IMG/VR virus record: IMGVR_UViG_3300036834_000189
Span: 52,207 to 116,206 of that record
Origin: a virus
Reading direction: 5' to 3' (one strand)
Length of the DNA stretch: 64,000 bases
The notes beneath the pieces are model-generated. The model did not search any database. It worked only from the letters and a program-made list of their open reading frames with translations, and was not told where the DNA came from. Within the stretch, counting starts at the first letter, position 1, and every line of letters begins with the position of its first letter. The translations under genes and the position numbers were made by a program. Positions 44,404-54,998 of the stretch are shown piece by piece.

Positions 44404-47140
44404 CGTTATCCAGGAATTCCGCGTCGGTCTGGGGTTCAGAATCGACGAGTCATCGTTCAAAAAAATCACTGACGCAATCGCCGTGGTAAAGGCCAAGGCG
44501 ACGCAGATAGTAGTGAATGTCGGCGTCAATTGGGACGACGCCAAGCAGCGCGGTCTTCAGAAATCCCTCATCGAGATCAGCGAGCGCGCCCACAAGCTGG
44601 GGACCGAATTCGCCGCGGTTGGTGCGATCGCGGTCGGCAGCCTGGAGAGGATCGCCGAACGATACGCGCAACTGTTTTTCCTGTCGGAGCGCACGGGCGT
44701 CGCGGCCGGTCAACTAAAGACAATGGCGTTCGCCTTCGACACGATCGGCGGCAACGCGGCGACCGCGGCACAAGAGGTCGCGACATTGGCGGCGCGGGCT
44801 CGCGAGATGCCGCCGGGGTATTTCCAGACCTCGATCGAGGCGGTGATTCGTAGCCAGACCGGCTCGACGGAAAAGCTCAAGACCGCGAAAGAGCAGCAGA
44901 TGGGCCTGATCAAGATGGCCCATCAAATGGGAGAGGCGCGTCAGGCGGAAGCTTCGGCGATATTCAAAATGTATGGGGTCTCCTACGAGGCCAACATTTG
45001 GGAGATCAAGCATTACGATTTGACGATAGCGCGCGACAAAGAGGCGGCAGACCGCCGCAAGGCGATGGGCGTCGACTTGGACCGCGTCGCCGATATCGGC
45101 CAAGAAATGTACTACCAGTTCAAGCGATTATGGGATGTGGTCGAAGTTACTGGTAACAAGATATTCCAAGTATGGGGACCGCCGCTCATCGCTGTATTGC
45201 GAACCGTCAATTGGCTGCTGAACGGGATTATTTGGACTGTCGACACGTTGCATCTGCAAGGCCCGATTGCTTTGATCCTCGGGTTTGCCGCGGCGTGGTG
45301 GACATTGACGAGAGCGCTCAGGGCGGCGCGGGTGGCAATGGCGGCATGGGCCGCGCTGAGTCGCTTCGGTGCTGCGGGGGCAGGTGCGGCGGCTGCGGGG
45401 GCAGGTGCGGCGGCTGCGGGGGCAGGTGCGGGCGCAGGCGTGGCTGCGGGGGCGGGTGCCGCGGGGGCAGGTGCCTTGGCGGCAACGGCGGCAAAGCGCG
45501 GGCTATTGATGCGCGGGCTTGGGCTAGCGGCGCGCGGCGGCTCAGCGCTGCTGCGGATCGCTACGGGGCCGGTCGGGTGGGGCTTGCTCGCCGCAGAAAT
45601 AGCCTACGAGACCGGGCTTTTGGACAAGCTATTCGGCGGCAGCGAGAAAGGCGAAGGTACTGAAGGGCCGCACATGCAGCACGGCGGCATCGTGCCGATC
45701 AACGCGCATGCCGGTGAGATGGTGTTGCCGAGAAACATCTCGGAAGGGCTGCAGGATTGGTTTACCGGCAACGACAGCGCCGCAGAGGAACTGCAGACTT
45801 GGCTGTCCGGGGCCGGATCGGTCCCTAGGGTATTCGTTGACAATGCCCGTGAGCTGGGGCGTGAGCTGACCGGTGGCTTCGGAACTGACGGCGGCGTCCG
45901 GACGCCGCAAGAGATGTACGGCGGTGCGCCGGGCGGTGGCCAAAATCGGACGCCGCAAGAGATGTACGGCGGTGCCCCTGCAGGCGGTGCCCAAAATCGG
46001 ACGCCGCAAGAGATGTACGGCGGTGCCCCTGCGGGCGGTGCCCCTGTGGGCGGTGCGCCTGTGGGCGGTGCGCCTGTGGGCGGCGGAACGGCAGAGAATG
46101 CGTTTCTGGCGGAAGCGGCCAAGCGCGAAAGCGGCATGCGCAACATCACCCAGAAAGGCGGTGGGCCAGCATCGGGTTATTACCAGATCGAGGACGCGAC
46201 GTGGCGCGACTTTGCACCAAAACTCGGGATCGATACCGCACGGGCGATGGGGGCCTCACAGGCCGACCAGTTGCGTGTCGCGCTGGCGATCCTGCATAAA
46301 CAGGGACCAGGGGCGTGGACGACAATGCGCGGTCTGACGCCGCAGTCATTTGCGCCACAGGCATTGGGAACACCGTTGTCGACCGGGGGGCTGGGTGTGG
46401 GCGGCGGCCTGACGCCACAGGCACCGGGAACGCCGTTGTCGATCGGGGGCGGTGCTCCTGGTGACGCTAGTGTGGCGCAACTCACCAAGGGCACTGCGAT
46501 GACCCCGGCTGGCGCGGTCGACACAATGCTGAACATGCAGGGGATGACCGACACTCGTCACCGCAAGACGATAAAAGATTTCATCACGGCGGGCGGCGGC
46601 AATTTGGACCCAGGCGCGCTCGCGTGGTGCGCTGCTGTAACAAACGCCGCGCTTCAATTGCACGGCATCCGTGGCACGACCGGTCCAGACCGGAATATGG
46701 CGTCGAGCTTTGCCAATTGGGGCCAGGGAGTGGACCCAGCCAAGGCGATGAAGGGCGATGTTGCGCTATTACCGCCCCAGGTTCGCGGCAGTAGCGGTCA
46801 TGTCGGCATGGTGGCTGGGACGCGCTGGCGCGGCGGCAAGGAAGAGATCGAGATGATCGCGGGCAATACTGCTCATCAGATGATGGATAGGTGGCTTCCC
46901 GTCGAGAGGTTCGCCGCGATCCGCCGCGCCACCGAGGCAGAGCAGATGCGTCAGACGTTGACCAGCCCGCAGGCTCCGTCGACCGTCAATAACAGCGGCG
47001 GCCACACGTTCCACGTCGACAACCGCACCGACATCCAGGTGGCACACGCCGACGACGGCAGTCATGTGCCCGCAATGCGCCACATGATCGAGCGGCAGAA
47101 CGCCGACATGGTGCGCAATTTAGGACCGAGCATCAGATGA
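44387..47140 (+). CDS. Tape measure protein with lysozyme-like transglycosylase and NlpC/P60-CHAP-like domains
   Basis: ESG..ASGYYQI..ATW; WCAA..GD..GHVG..GN; RTPQEMYGGAP x3. Confidence 0.85.
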   Translation: MAAVADVIQEFRVGLGFRIDESSFKKITDAIAVVKAKATQIVVNVGVNWDDAKQRGLQKSLIEISERAHKLGTEFAAVGAIAVGSLERIAERYAQLFFLSERTGVAAGQLKTMAFAFDTIGGNAATAAQEVATLAARAREMPPGYFQTSIEAVIRSQTGSTEKLKTAKEQQMGLIKMAHQMGEARQAEASAIFKMYGVSYEANIWEIKHYDLTIARDKEAADRRKAMGVDLDRVADIGQEMYYQFKRLWDVVEVTGNKIFQVWGPPLIAVLRTVNWLLNGIIWTVDTLHLQGPIALILGFAAAWWTLTRALRAARVAMAAWAALSRFGAAGAGAAAAGAGAAAAGAGAGAGVAAGAGAAGAGALAATAAKRGLLMRGLGLAARGGSALLRIATGPVGWGLLAAEIAYETGLLDKLFGGSEKGEGTEGPHMQHGGIVPINAHAGEMVLPRNISEGLQDWFTGNDSAAEELQTWLSGAGSVPRVFVDNARELGRELTGGFGTDGGVRTPQEMYGGAPGGGQNRTPQEMYGGAPAGGAQNRTPQEMYGGAPAGGAPVGGAPVGGAPVGGGTAENAFLAEAAKRESGMRNITQKGGGPASGYYQIEDATWRDFAPKLGIDTARAMGASQADQLRVALAILHKQGPGAWTTMRGLTPQSFAPQALGTPLSTGGLGVGGGLTPQAPGTPLSIGGGAPGDASVAQLTKGTAMTPAGAVDTMLNMQGMTDTRHRKTIKDFITAGGGNLDPGALAWCAAVTNAALQLHGIRGTTGPDRNMASSFANWGQGVDPAKAMKGDVALLPPQVRGSSGHVGMVAGTRWRGGKEEIEMIAGNTAHQMMDRWLPVERFAAIRRATEAEQMRQTLTSPQAPSTVNNSGGHTFHVDNRTDIQVAHADDGSHVPAMRHMIERQNADMVRNLGPSIR

Positions 47141-47769
47141 GTGGATTACCGCCAACTATCGTGTTTCCCGCGCTTGAGCAGGCGACGATAGCGCTTGTCG
47201 AGGGGGCGTTGTTTGCCAGCGTAAATCGGCAGTTTATCCCGCTCGACAACGGCGCTGCGCAGGGGCCACCAGGACTATTCCCGCCACCGACAGTGTGGGT
47301 TGAGGAGCAGCACCAGGACCAGATGATGATCACCGAGCATCCGGTCGAGAACGGTGCGCCGGTCAGTGACCACGCCTTCCCGCGCCCGGTCGACTTGACG
47401 CTTCGACTCGGCTGGAAAGGCGAGAGCCTGACGGAAATCCAAACTCTCTACAGTCAGCTCACCGGGTTCAAGGACGCCCGCGTGCTGTTCGACATCATGA
47501 CCGGCAAGCGGCTCTACAACAATATGCTGATCCAGAGCATCCAGGTGGCGACCGATCAGCGCACTGCGGTCGTGCTGATGGCGACGGTGCGGTGCAAGCA
47601 AGTGATCCTGGTCGGCACGGACATCGTAACGCTGCCACAGAATCAAGCAGAGCCAGCAAAGACTGCGACTACGATCAACAATGGCGACAAGGCGCTGGTA
47701 CCGGCTGGCACCTATAATCCGGCTGGCAACCCGCCAGAGGCGGCTGTTCCGATAACACTTCCTGGTTAA
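47137..47769 (+). CDS. Baseplate tube-initiator (Dit-like) protein
   Basis: EEQH...ITEHPVENG..VSDH, TGKRLYNNM. Confidence 0.78.
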   Translation: MSGLPPTIVFPALEQATIALVEGALFASVNRQFIPLDNGAAQGPPGLFPPPTVWVEEQHQDQMMITEHPVENGAPVSDHAFPRPVDLTLRLGWKGESLTEIQTLYSQLTGFKDARVLFDIMTGKRLYNNMLIQSIQVATDQRTAVVLMATVRCKQVILVGTDIVTLPQNQAEPAKTATTINNGDKALVPAGTYNPAGNPPEAAVPITLPG

Positions 47770-48923
47770 TGTCAATGACCGGTCACGACCAATGGATCAG
47801 AAAATGCTCGTTGACGATCACGCATTCGAGTTCACCATTAGTCACGCCCACCGATCCTACGTCGGGCATCCCGATCGCCGGGGATGCGCCCAAGGCGCTC
47901 AACCTGTCGGACTTCCGCATCCGCTTTAAGACGTACCAAGCTGAGGGTGGCGGGCGTCCGCCTGGTGCATGGATACGCGTCACCAATCTCGCGCCCGACA
48001 CCGAGTGGAGTTTTATCAAGGAGTACAATGGTATCGTGCTGCAGGCGGGATACCTGAACGGGCGGTTTGGGATAATTTTCGCGGGCACGATCAAGGAATA
48101 TCGGCGCGGCCACGAGACGGTGACCGACAGTTTTCTCGACATCTGGGCCGGTGACGGCGACATCGCGTTCAGCCGGTCGGCGATGAACGAAACTCTGGCG
48201 AAGAACTGGAACAACCAGCAGCAGCGCGACAAAATTATAGCTCAGATGGAAAAGGATGGCGGTGTGCAACGTGGGTACAACGCTCAAGCGATAGCCGCTT
48301 TCGCCGCTAATGCGCGCGGCACGACGATGTGGGGGTTCTCGCGCTCGCTAATGAACGGCAATGTCGCGCGCGACGGTCTGGCGTGGGTGCCGATCAACGG
48401 CAAGATCAATGTCGTGCCGTTGAACGGCTACAAGCCCGGTGAGGCAATCGAGTTGTCGAGCGCCACCGGGATGGTCGGCTGGCCTGAGCAGACGCCCGAG
48501 GGGATCGCGGCTACCTGTCTGCTGAACCCGGCGGCGCAAGTCGGCAATTTGATGCACATCGACAACAAGGACATCAATCAGTCGCGCGCGCCCGGTGGCG
48601 GGTTTACGACCCCGGCTATTGGCGGCAGCCCCAACAACCCCGGCTGGGGGCCGACCTTTCTGCAGCCGGTCACCGACGACGGGTTCTACCGGATCATCAA
48701 GGTCGAGCATCACGGCGACACGCGCGGCAACGAGTGGTACACCGAGCTGCTCGGGCTGGCGATCGACGTATCGCAGCCAGGCGCTCAGCAAGGCCAAGCC
48801 GGGACCAGTGATCACGACATCCCGGTGCCGCCGCCGGTTGGGAGCAACCTGCCGACCGGCGACAAACCGGACACCGACCCGACCTCGCCGTTTTACAGTC
48901 CGCCGCTCAATCCGCCAACCTGA
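47769..48923 (+). CDS. Baseplate hub protein
   Basis: LQAGY..IIF.G.I, TGMVG.P, CLLNP, GDTRGNEWY. Confidence 0.8.
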   Translation: MSMTGHDQWIRKCSLTITHSSSPLVTPTDPTSGIPIAGDAPKALNLSDFRIRFKTYQAEGGGRPPGAWIRVTNLAPDTEWSFIKEYNGIVLQAGYLNGRFGIIFAGTIKEYRRGHETVTDSFLDIWAGDGDIAFSRSAMNETLAKNWNNQQQRDKIIAQMEKDGGVQRGYNAQAIAAFAANARGTTMWGFSRSLMNGNVARDGLAWVPINGKINVVPLNGYKPGEAIELSSATGMVGWPEQTPEGIAATCLLNPAAQVGNLMHIDNKDINQSRAPGGGFTTPAIGGSPNNPGWGPTFLQPVTDDGFYRIIKVEHHGDTRGNEWYTELLGLAIDVSQPGAQQGQAGTSDHDIPVPPPVGSNLPTGDKPDTDPTSPFYSPPLNPPT

Positions 48924-48936
48924 CGAAGGTTCGCAA

Positions 48937-49926
48937 ATGCTGCGTCATGAACGCTGGGAGGAGCCTGCCAATGCCGTCGAGGCGGCGATCGGTGGCAAGC
49001 AGGCCGAGATGTGGACGGCGATCCCCGGCATCGTGCAAAAGTTCAACGCGCAGAACAACACGGTCGAGGTACAACCGGCGGTGCAGCGGCGGCGATTGCT
49101 GCCGACCGGCAAATGGATCAACGAGACATTGTCGCCGTGCGTCGATGTCCCGGTGCATTTCCCAGCGGGCGGCGGCTTTACATTGACCGTCCCTGTCAAG
49201 GCTGGTGACGAGGTTCTATTAGTGTTCTCGTCGCGCTGCATCGACGGTTGGTGGGACAAAGGAGGGGTGCAGCCGCAGACTGTCCCGCGCATGCACGACC
49301 CATCGGACGGCTTCGCGATCCTCGGCACCCGCTCGAAGAAGCGCGCCCTGGCGAACGTCTCGACGACGAATGTGCAGTTGCGCGCGGACGACGGCAAGAC
49401 CTTCCTTGAGATCGACGCTAACCAGACGGTGCGGATCGTCGCGCCGACCAAGGTTCGACTCGAAACTCCGTTGCTGGAGGTGACGGGCGACATCAAAGCG
49501 GGCGGCGATGTCATGGCGCATGCCGGTGTCGCGGGTGTTTCGCTTCGGGTGAGCACAGGCAGCACAAGCACAAGCAGCACACCAACGACGACTGATGTAC
49601 CGACGACTACGACTATCAGCGGCATATTGCACATCGCTTCGCAAGTCGATCAAGTCCTGCAAACCGGCGACTTTATCCAAATTGCCGGGGCGCTTGCGAT
49701 CGGCTCGATACCGGGCGGCTCGGAGATCCTCAATGCCGTGCATACGGTCGCCTCGGTCATCGACAGCCGCAATTTTACCGCACTGCTCTCGGGCTTGCTC
49801 CCTGGACAGATCCAGGCAATTGCCGGCAACCCGATCATGCAAGCCATTGTGCACTTGGTGAGCCACGATCACCACGGTGTAAGGGCCGGCTCCGAGATTA
49901 GTCAGAAACCCGTCACCGGCACCTAG
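48937..49926 (+). CDS. Baseplate spike (gp138/gpV-like)
   Basis: TAIPGIV, DVPVHFP, GDEVLLVF..RCID.W, C-terminal HDH. Confidence 0.85.
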   Translation: MLRHERWEEPANAVEAAIGGKQAEMWTAIPGIVQKFNAQNNTVEVQPAVQRRRLLPTGKWINETLSPCVDVPVHFPAGGGFTLTVPVKAGDEVLLVFSSRCIDGWWDKGGVQPQTVPRMHDPSDGFAILGTRSKKRALANVSTTNVQLRADDGKTFLEIDANQTVRIVAPTKVRLETPLLEVTGDIKAGGDVMAHAGVAGVSLRVSTGSTSTSSTPTTTDVPTTTTISGILHIASQVDQVLQTGDFIQIAGALAIGSIPGGSEILNAVHTVASVIDSRNFTALLSGLLPGQIQAIAGNPIMQAIVHLVSHDHHGVRAGSEISQKPVTGT

Positions 49927-49943
49927 GCACCTAAGGGGGAGAA

Positions 49944-50612
49944 ATGACCGGGTTCACCGACCGCACCGCGCAGGGCATCCTCAACCACATAACCGGCAAG
50001 GCCGCGCTCTATGGCCTGCCGGTGGCTTATGTCGCACTGTACACTGGGGTCGGCAATGACGGCGGCGTTGGCTTTACCGAGCCTGCCGGCGGTGGCTACG
50101 CACGCGTGACGACTGCTGCAGCCGACTGGAACTCGGCCTCGGGGTCCAGCCCCAGCATCATCACCAACGCCAACCCGCTGGTGTTCCCGACTGCGCCGAC
50201 CGGCAGCTGGGGCACGGTCTTCGCTTTCGGGATTCATGATGCATTGACCGCCGGCAACATCAACGCATGGGACTATCTCGGGAATTTCCCGTGGGTTCCG
50301 GTGACGATCTCGGCGGCATCCCCGGCGGTGCTGACGGCGCACGCGCATGGCTACCTCGCCGGGGACAATGTGGTGTTCTCGGTCGAGTACGGCGGCGCCA
50401 ACCCAGCGTTCAGCGCCGGCAACCTGACCGGCCTCCTGGTGGTTGCGCCCCCGGTCACCACCGACACCTTCACCGTCACCAATGCCGGGGTCGCGGTCAA
50501 CACCTCGGGTACGGGCAGCGGCATGATCCGCAAGGTGGTGGCGCAGGCGATCCCGAGCGGCGCCTCGGCCCCGTCCTTCGCGGCCGGCTCGCTGACCATC
50601 TCGGGCGCGTGA
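49944..50612 (+). CDS. Virion structural/fibre-associated protein
   Basis: YVALYT, GGGYARV, WGTV..GIHDALTAGN with inserted TAHAHG domain. Confidence 0.7.
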   Translation: MTGFTDRTAQGILNHITGKAALYGLPVAYVALYTGVGNDGGVGFTEPAGGGYARVTTAAADWNSASGSSPSIITNANPLVFPTAPTGSWGTVFAFGIHDALTAGNINAWDYLGNFPWVPVTISAASPAVLTAHAHGYLAGDNVVFSVEYGGANPAFSAGNLTGLLVVAPPVTTDTFTVTNAGVAVNTSGTGSGMIRKVVAQAIPSGASAPSFAAGSLTISGA

Positions 50613-50615
50613 TCG

Positions 50616-51632
50616 ATGACCATCCTATTCGCCGGTGGCGAGGACACTTCGTTCACCATTTACGGCGGCGTGCAATGGGGGACCGGTCCCGGCAGCGGCG
50701 GCAACCGCCCGGCCTTCAGCCGGCTGGCGGCCGAGATCCAACAGAGCACCGCCGTCGATCCTCCGACCATGCGCATCCAGACCCCGGCTTTCACGCCATC
50801 CGCGGCGATCTGGATTCACGGTTGGGTCTTCAATGGCGACGCAGCGGGCAATAATTTTACGGTAAACCAACAGGTTGCGCTGGCGCGGAGTCCCGACGGT
50901 GTCTCACGGGTACTACTGCGCGCCACCACAACCCGCAATCTCCTCAAACTGTCAACACGCAACGCCGCCGGGACCATCACCGACGTTGCGACCGCGACGA
51001 CGATCATCCCGATAAATGTTTTGGCACAGATCGACTGGCTGATCAACTTCAGCACCGGCTCGACCCTGTACGTCAACGGCGCGGCGGCACTGACCTATGC
51101 CGGCGATCTGCGCACCGACGCCGCGACGGCACTCAACCAGATCGACATCAGCGGGATGAACTATAATTTTTGGGGAGACTACTGGTCGGAAATCATCGTC
51201 GCCGACACCGACACCCGCTCGATGGGGTTGTGGACCCTGCCGCCGGCAGCAGCAGGCAACGCACAGTCCTGGACGCCGAACACGCTCGGGAACATCAACA
51301 AGACGGCGATCAACGACAGCACCTTTATCAGCACGACGGCGAACACCGCGCTAACGGAATGGACGACGCTCACCGCGCCGCCCTCGGGCACCTGGACCGT
51401 GCAGGCGATCGTGCAGAATGCGCGAGTGCAGGTATCGACGACCGGGCCGCAGCATTTCGACTTTGTGGCGCGCACCGCGGCCACCGATTTCCTCGCTGGT
51501 GCGCCGCAAGCGCCGTCATTGGCCTTTAGCAATTTTCAGCACATCTGGCCGGTCAACCCCAACACCGGATTACCCTGGCAAATCACCGACATCGCCGCCG
51601 GGTTCAACCTCGGGATCGAATCGCAGGCCTGA
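50616..51632 (+). CDS. Virion structural protein
   Basis: Beta-rich; NP.TG.PW C-terminal motif. Confidence 0.65.
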   Translation: MTILFAGGEDTSFTIYGGVQWGTGPGSGGNRPAFSRLAAEIQQSTAVDPPTMRIQTPAFTPSAAIWIHGWVFNGDAAGNNFTVNQQVALARSPDGVSRVLLRATTTRNLLKLSTRNAAGTITDVATATTIIPINVLAQIDWLINFSTGSTLYVNGAAALTYAGDLRTDAATALNQIDISGMNYNFWGDYWSEIIVADTDTRSMGLWTLPPAAAGNAQSWTPNTLGNINKTAINDSTFISTTANTALTEWTTLTAPPSGTWTVQAIVQNARVQVSTTGPQHFDFVARTAATDFLAGAPQAPSLAFSNFQHIWPVNPNTGLPWQITDIAAGFNLGIESQA

Positions 51633-51635
51633 CGT

Positions 51636-52544
51636 GTGGCTGACGTTTCAAAGCTCGTCTCCTATGCCGTTCTTCAGGGCGGCGCGGAGAACGCCTCCAA
51701 GCTCGTCTCCTATGCCGTTCTTCAGGGCGGCGCGGAGAACGCCTCCAAGCTAGTCTCGTTCGCGGTCCTCGCGCCGCTGTCGATCGCGCTCACCGGTCGG
51801 ATCGCCACGCAGAGCCAGACGCGCGGCACGGTCGGCATCGGTGTGGCTCCGGCGCTCGCCGGTCGCATCCGCTTCCACGCGACGGGCGCTCTCGCTTCAC
51901 CGCTGCCGCTGGCGGGACGGGCGAGCGCGGTGGGCCGCGCGACCGGCTCGATCGGCGTGAGCCTTCCGGTGCCGCTGGCTGGGCGCATCCGCGTCTCGCT
52001 ACAGGGGCACCCCGCCGATGTCGCGTTCGGCATCGCGCTCGGCGGGCGGATCACGTTCGCTGCACGAGCGCATCCCGAACTGCGAATTCTGATCCCGCTG
52101 CCGCCGACGCCGCTGGTGGCGCCGCCGTCGCGGCCGGCGTTTCAAGTCTACGAGATCCCGATGACGGCGGGTGCACCGCAATTTCAGGTCATCCGGTTGA
52201 GCGGTGTGCGCTACCAAATCGCGGCACACTGGTGTGATCCGCTCGGGGTCTGGGTGCTCGATATCGCCGATCTCGACGGCCACGCAATCGTCAGCGGCAT
52301 TCCGATGATCACCGGGGCCGATCTGCTGGCGCAGTACGCCTATTTGAATTTTGGTGGTCTGCTGCTGGCGCAGAGCGACTTCGACTGGACTGTGCCGCCG
52401 ACCTTCGATACGCTTGGCCGGTTCGGCCACCTTTACTGGATACCGACGCCGCCACCTGTGGTGCCGCCGCCGCGCTACCCGCTGTCGCCGGAAGATCCGC
52501 GCAACGCGCCGCTGCCGACCGAGTCGCCACCGGTCCCGTCATGA
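51636..52544 (+). CDS. Structural protein with C-terminal baseplate-plug (DUF6983-like) domain
   Basis: 48-nt tandem repeat near the start; GIPMITGADLLAQY..LYW. Confidence 0.65.
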   Translation: MADVSKLVSYAVLQGGAENASKLVSYAVLQGGAENASKLVSFAVLAPLSIALTGRIATQSQTRGTVGIGVAPALAGRIRFHATGALASPLPLAGRASAVGRATGSIGVSLPVPLAGRIRVSLQGHPADVAFGIALGGRITFAARAHPELRILIPLPPTPLVAPPSRPAFQVYEIPMTAGAPQFQVIRLSGVRYQIAAHWCDPLGVWVLDIADLDGHAIVSGIPMITGADLLAQYAYLNFGGLLLAQSDFDWTVPPTFDTLGRFGHLYWIPTPPPVVPPPRYPLSPEDPRNAPLPTESPPVPS

Positions 52545-54346
52545 CCGTGTACGAGATCCCGCTGAAGGGCGGCCAAGGCTCGATCCAGAACCTCGAACTG
52601 ATCCAGGCCGATGGCGTGACGACGCTCGGCGTCCGTCTGTTCGTGCACTGGAACGCTCCGCTCGGGGTATGGGTGCTCGACCTGGACGACGCGCAGGGCA
52701 CCCCGCTGGCCAGCGGCATCCCGATGATCACCGGGGCCGATCTCCTCGCCCAATATCCCTATCTTGGGCTGGGCGGCGCGCTCCTGGCACAGAGCGACTT
52801 CGACTGGACCGTGCCGCCGAACTTTGCCGATCTCGGCGCGACCGGCCATCTGTACTGGATACCCATCGGACCGGCACCGTCGCCACCGCCGGCTTATCCG
52901 CTGTCGCCGGAAGATTTGTCGGACGAGCCGCAACTGCCGACCATCCCGCCGCCGCATGTCGCGCCGCCGCCGTTGACCCCGGCATGCCTCGCCAACGTGG
53001 GGTGGGTCGCGTCGACCGGCGGTCACGGACAGGGTCTCGACCAGTACAACAACTATCTGTCGGATTCGATCTACAACGCCACTACCGGCGCGATCAACGC
53101 GACCATCACGGCGGCAGAGATGGCCGCCGGGGTCAACGCGTGGATCGGCAGCCCGGTGTGCCAGCTGGGCTACGTCAGCCCGACCAGCACGGTGTTGCTA
53201 CACCCGATCCTCGGCGGTCAGTACCTGATTGGCTATTTCGGCGGCAACGACCAGTATGGCGATGCCGCCTTCGCCAAGTGGTTCGCGCTGTATCAGCCCA
53301 GCGCGACCGGTGCGCCGACCGTGGTCGGCGCGGTGTGGTACTCCAACCTGCTCGGCATTCCCTACGCATCGGTGCCGCAGCCGTTTCTCGCTGGCCTGCA
53401 GACTGCCGACGACCCGATCCTGATCCTTGGCGGCTATGGGATTGGCGCATTCGTCACGAGTTTGGCGCCGCTGCCGTCGATCAATCAGATCAAGAGCGGG
53501 ATTTACAGCGGGACAAGCAACCCGTATTACCCGACGCATCCCGGTCAGGTGCCGTACCTGGGCTGGCAATGGCTCGGCAACGAGAACCTCTGCACGTACC
53601 TGTACAATTCGCTGTGGGGACTGAACCTCAACCCGCGCGGCCTGTGGACATTGCCCGGTCCCAATGGCGGCACCAACGTCTATCTGTACTTCAACCGCGC
53701 CTACACCGAATCGTGCATGGGCACGCCCTCGGTTCTCAAGAACCCCGAATTGAACCTGGTGCTGGCGGCGGAATACCCGCATGGCTGTGTGGTGCGCGTC
53801 AACCTGGGTGTGATCCCGGACTTCGACACGTTGCACCGCATCGCCGCCGGCAGCGGTGCACTGCCGCCAACGCCGATGTACACCGTCGACAATGCCGACT
53901 GGCTCGACGCGACCGGCGCGGTGGCGGTGCCGTTCGTCGACGAATACACGTGGTTGTCGACCGGCGCGGCGGGCGGCACCGACGCTTATCAACAGCAGCC
54001 GGCGATCCTCGCTCCGGTTGGTGCGGCGGCTCCCGGCCAATGGTCGGTCGGCATGATCATGCAGGGCATCGACGATGCGCGGACCAACCTCGGGAACACC
54101 CACGAATTTGCCACTATCCGGCTGTTCCGCTACGATCCGCAAACCCAGATCTTCCGCCAGCGGGTAATAATCACTTGTACGGCATGGACCAACGCCACTG
54201 TGCCGCAGCCATACCCGAACAGCGGCGACTACACGACCTTCTTTCATTTTGACGCGGGTGGTCATCTGTGGCTGACCGGCTCGACCGGCAGCACCGGCGT
54301 GGCCAATGTCTATCTCAGCGAATTTGCGTCCGGCATCAGTCCATAA
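52541..54346 (+). CDS. Baseplate-plug domain fused to a large C-terminal (receptor-binding?) domain
   Basis: N-terminal paralogue of the upstream gene's C-terminus. Confidence 0.65.
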   Translation: MTVYEIPLKGGQGSIQNLELIQADGVTTLGVRLFVHWNAPLGVWVLDLDDAQGTPLASGIPMITGADLLAQYPYLGLGGALLAQSDFDWTVPPNFADLGATGHLYWIPIGPAPSPPPAYPLSPEDLSDEPQLPTIPPPHVAPPPLTPACLANVGWVASTGGHGQGLDQYNNYLSDSIYNATTGAINATITAAEMAAGVNAWIGSPVCQLGYVSPTSTVLLHPILGGQYLIGYFGGNDQYGDAAFAKWFALYQPSATGAPTVVGAVWYSNLLGIPYASVPQPFLAGLQTADDPILILGGYGIGAFVTSLAPLPSINQIKSGIYSGTSNPYYPTHPGQVPYLGWQWLGNENLCTYLYNSLWGLNLNPRGLWTLPGPNGGTNVYLYFNRAYTESCMGTPSVLKNPELNLVLAAEYPHGCVVRVNLGVIPDFDTLHRIAAGSGALPPTPMYTVDNADWLDATGAVAVPFVDEYTWLSTGAAGGTDAYQQQPAILAPVGAAAPGQWSVGMIMQGIDDARTNLGNTHEFATIRLFRYDPQTQIFRQRVIITCTAWTNATVPQPYPNSGDYTTFFHFDAGGHLWLTGSTGSTGVANVYLSEFASGISP

Positions 54347-54365
54347 AAACGGGGTAAATCCTGTT

Positions 54366-54812
54366 ATGCGGTACAGAAGTTTAGACATCAATGGTGACTA
54401 CAGCTGGGGGAACAATCTCGCCGATTTTCTCGTCGACCGACCCGAGGCGGTGGCCCAGGCGATCCTCACCCGGCTCAAATTGTGGACCGGCGAGTGGTTC
54501 CTCGATTTAACAGCCGGCACCACGTGGCTGCCCAACGTGCCGACACCGGGCACGCCGGGCGTGGTCGGCGTCCAATCCGCCAACGCGGCGCGCGACATCA
54601 TCCTGCGCAACCGCATCTTGGGGACGCAGGGCGTCCTCAGCCTGGTCGACTATCAGAGCCGGGTCGATCCGATCGCGCGGCGGTTCTACGTGTTCGCGAC
54701 AGTCGACACAATCTATCAGGAGCCGGTGTCGATCGCGCTCGGGCTCGGCCCGACCGGATGGTTCACGCTCGACCAGTCGGCACTGGGCGGCCCCGACCGG
54801 CTGGCCCCGTGA
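54366..54812 (+). CDS. Baseplate wedge/sheath initiator (gp25/gp46-like)
   Basis: MRYRSLD.NGDY, AVAQA..TRL.LW.GEWFLD. Confidence 0.8.
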   Translation: MRYRSLDINGDYSWGNNLADFLVDRPEAVAQAILTRLKLWTGEWFLDLTAGTTWLPNVPTPGTPGVVGVQSANAARDIILRNRILGTQGVLSLVDYQSRVDPIARRFYVFATVDTIYQEPVSIALGLGPTGWFTLDQSALGGPDRLAP

Positions 54813-54998
54813 CACCGCAACGGGCGTTCTGGTGGGGCTTCTGGACCGCTCTGTGGCGGCACCGCAAGCGCGGCAATACCGCGATCCCGCCGCTGGGCTT
54901 TGTCAAGTCGTGGCGGATGGGGGAGTGCTGTCGCTTTCTGTCCAGCGGGGGCAACCCGCGATATGCGCCTCGATACCTTCGCTGGATGCTAAAATAAC

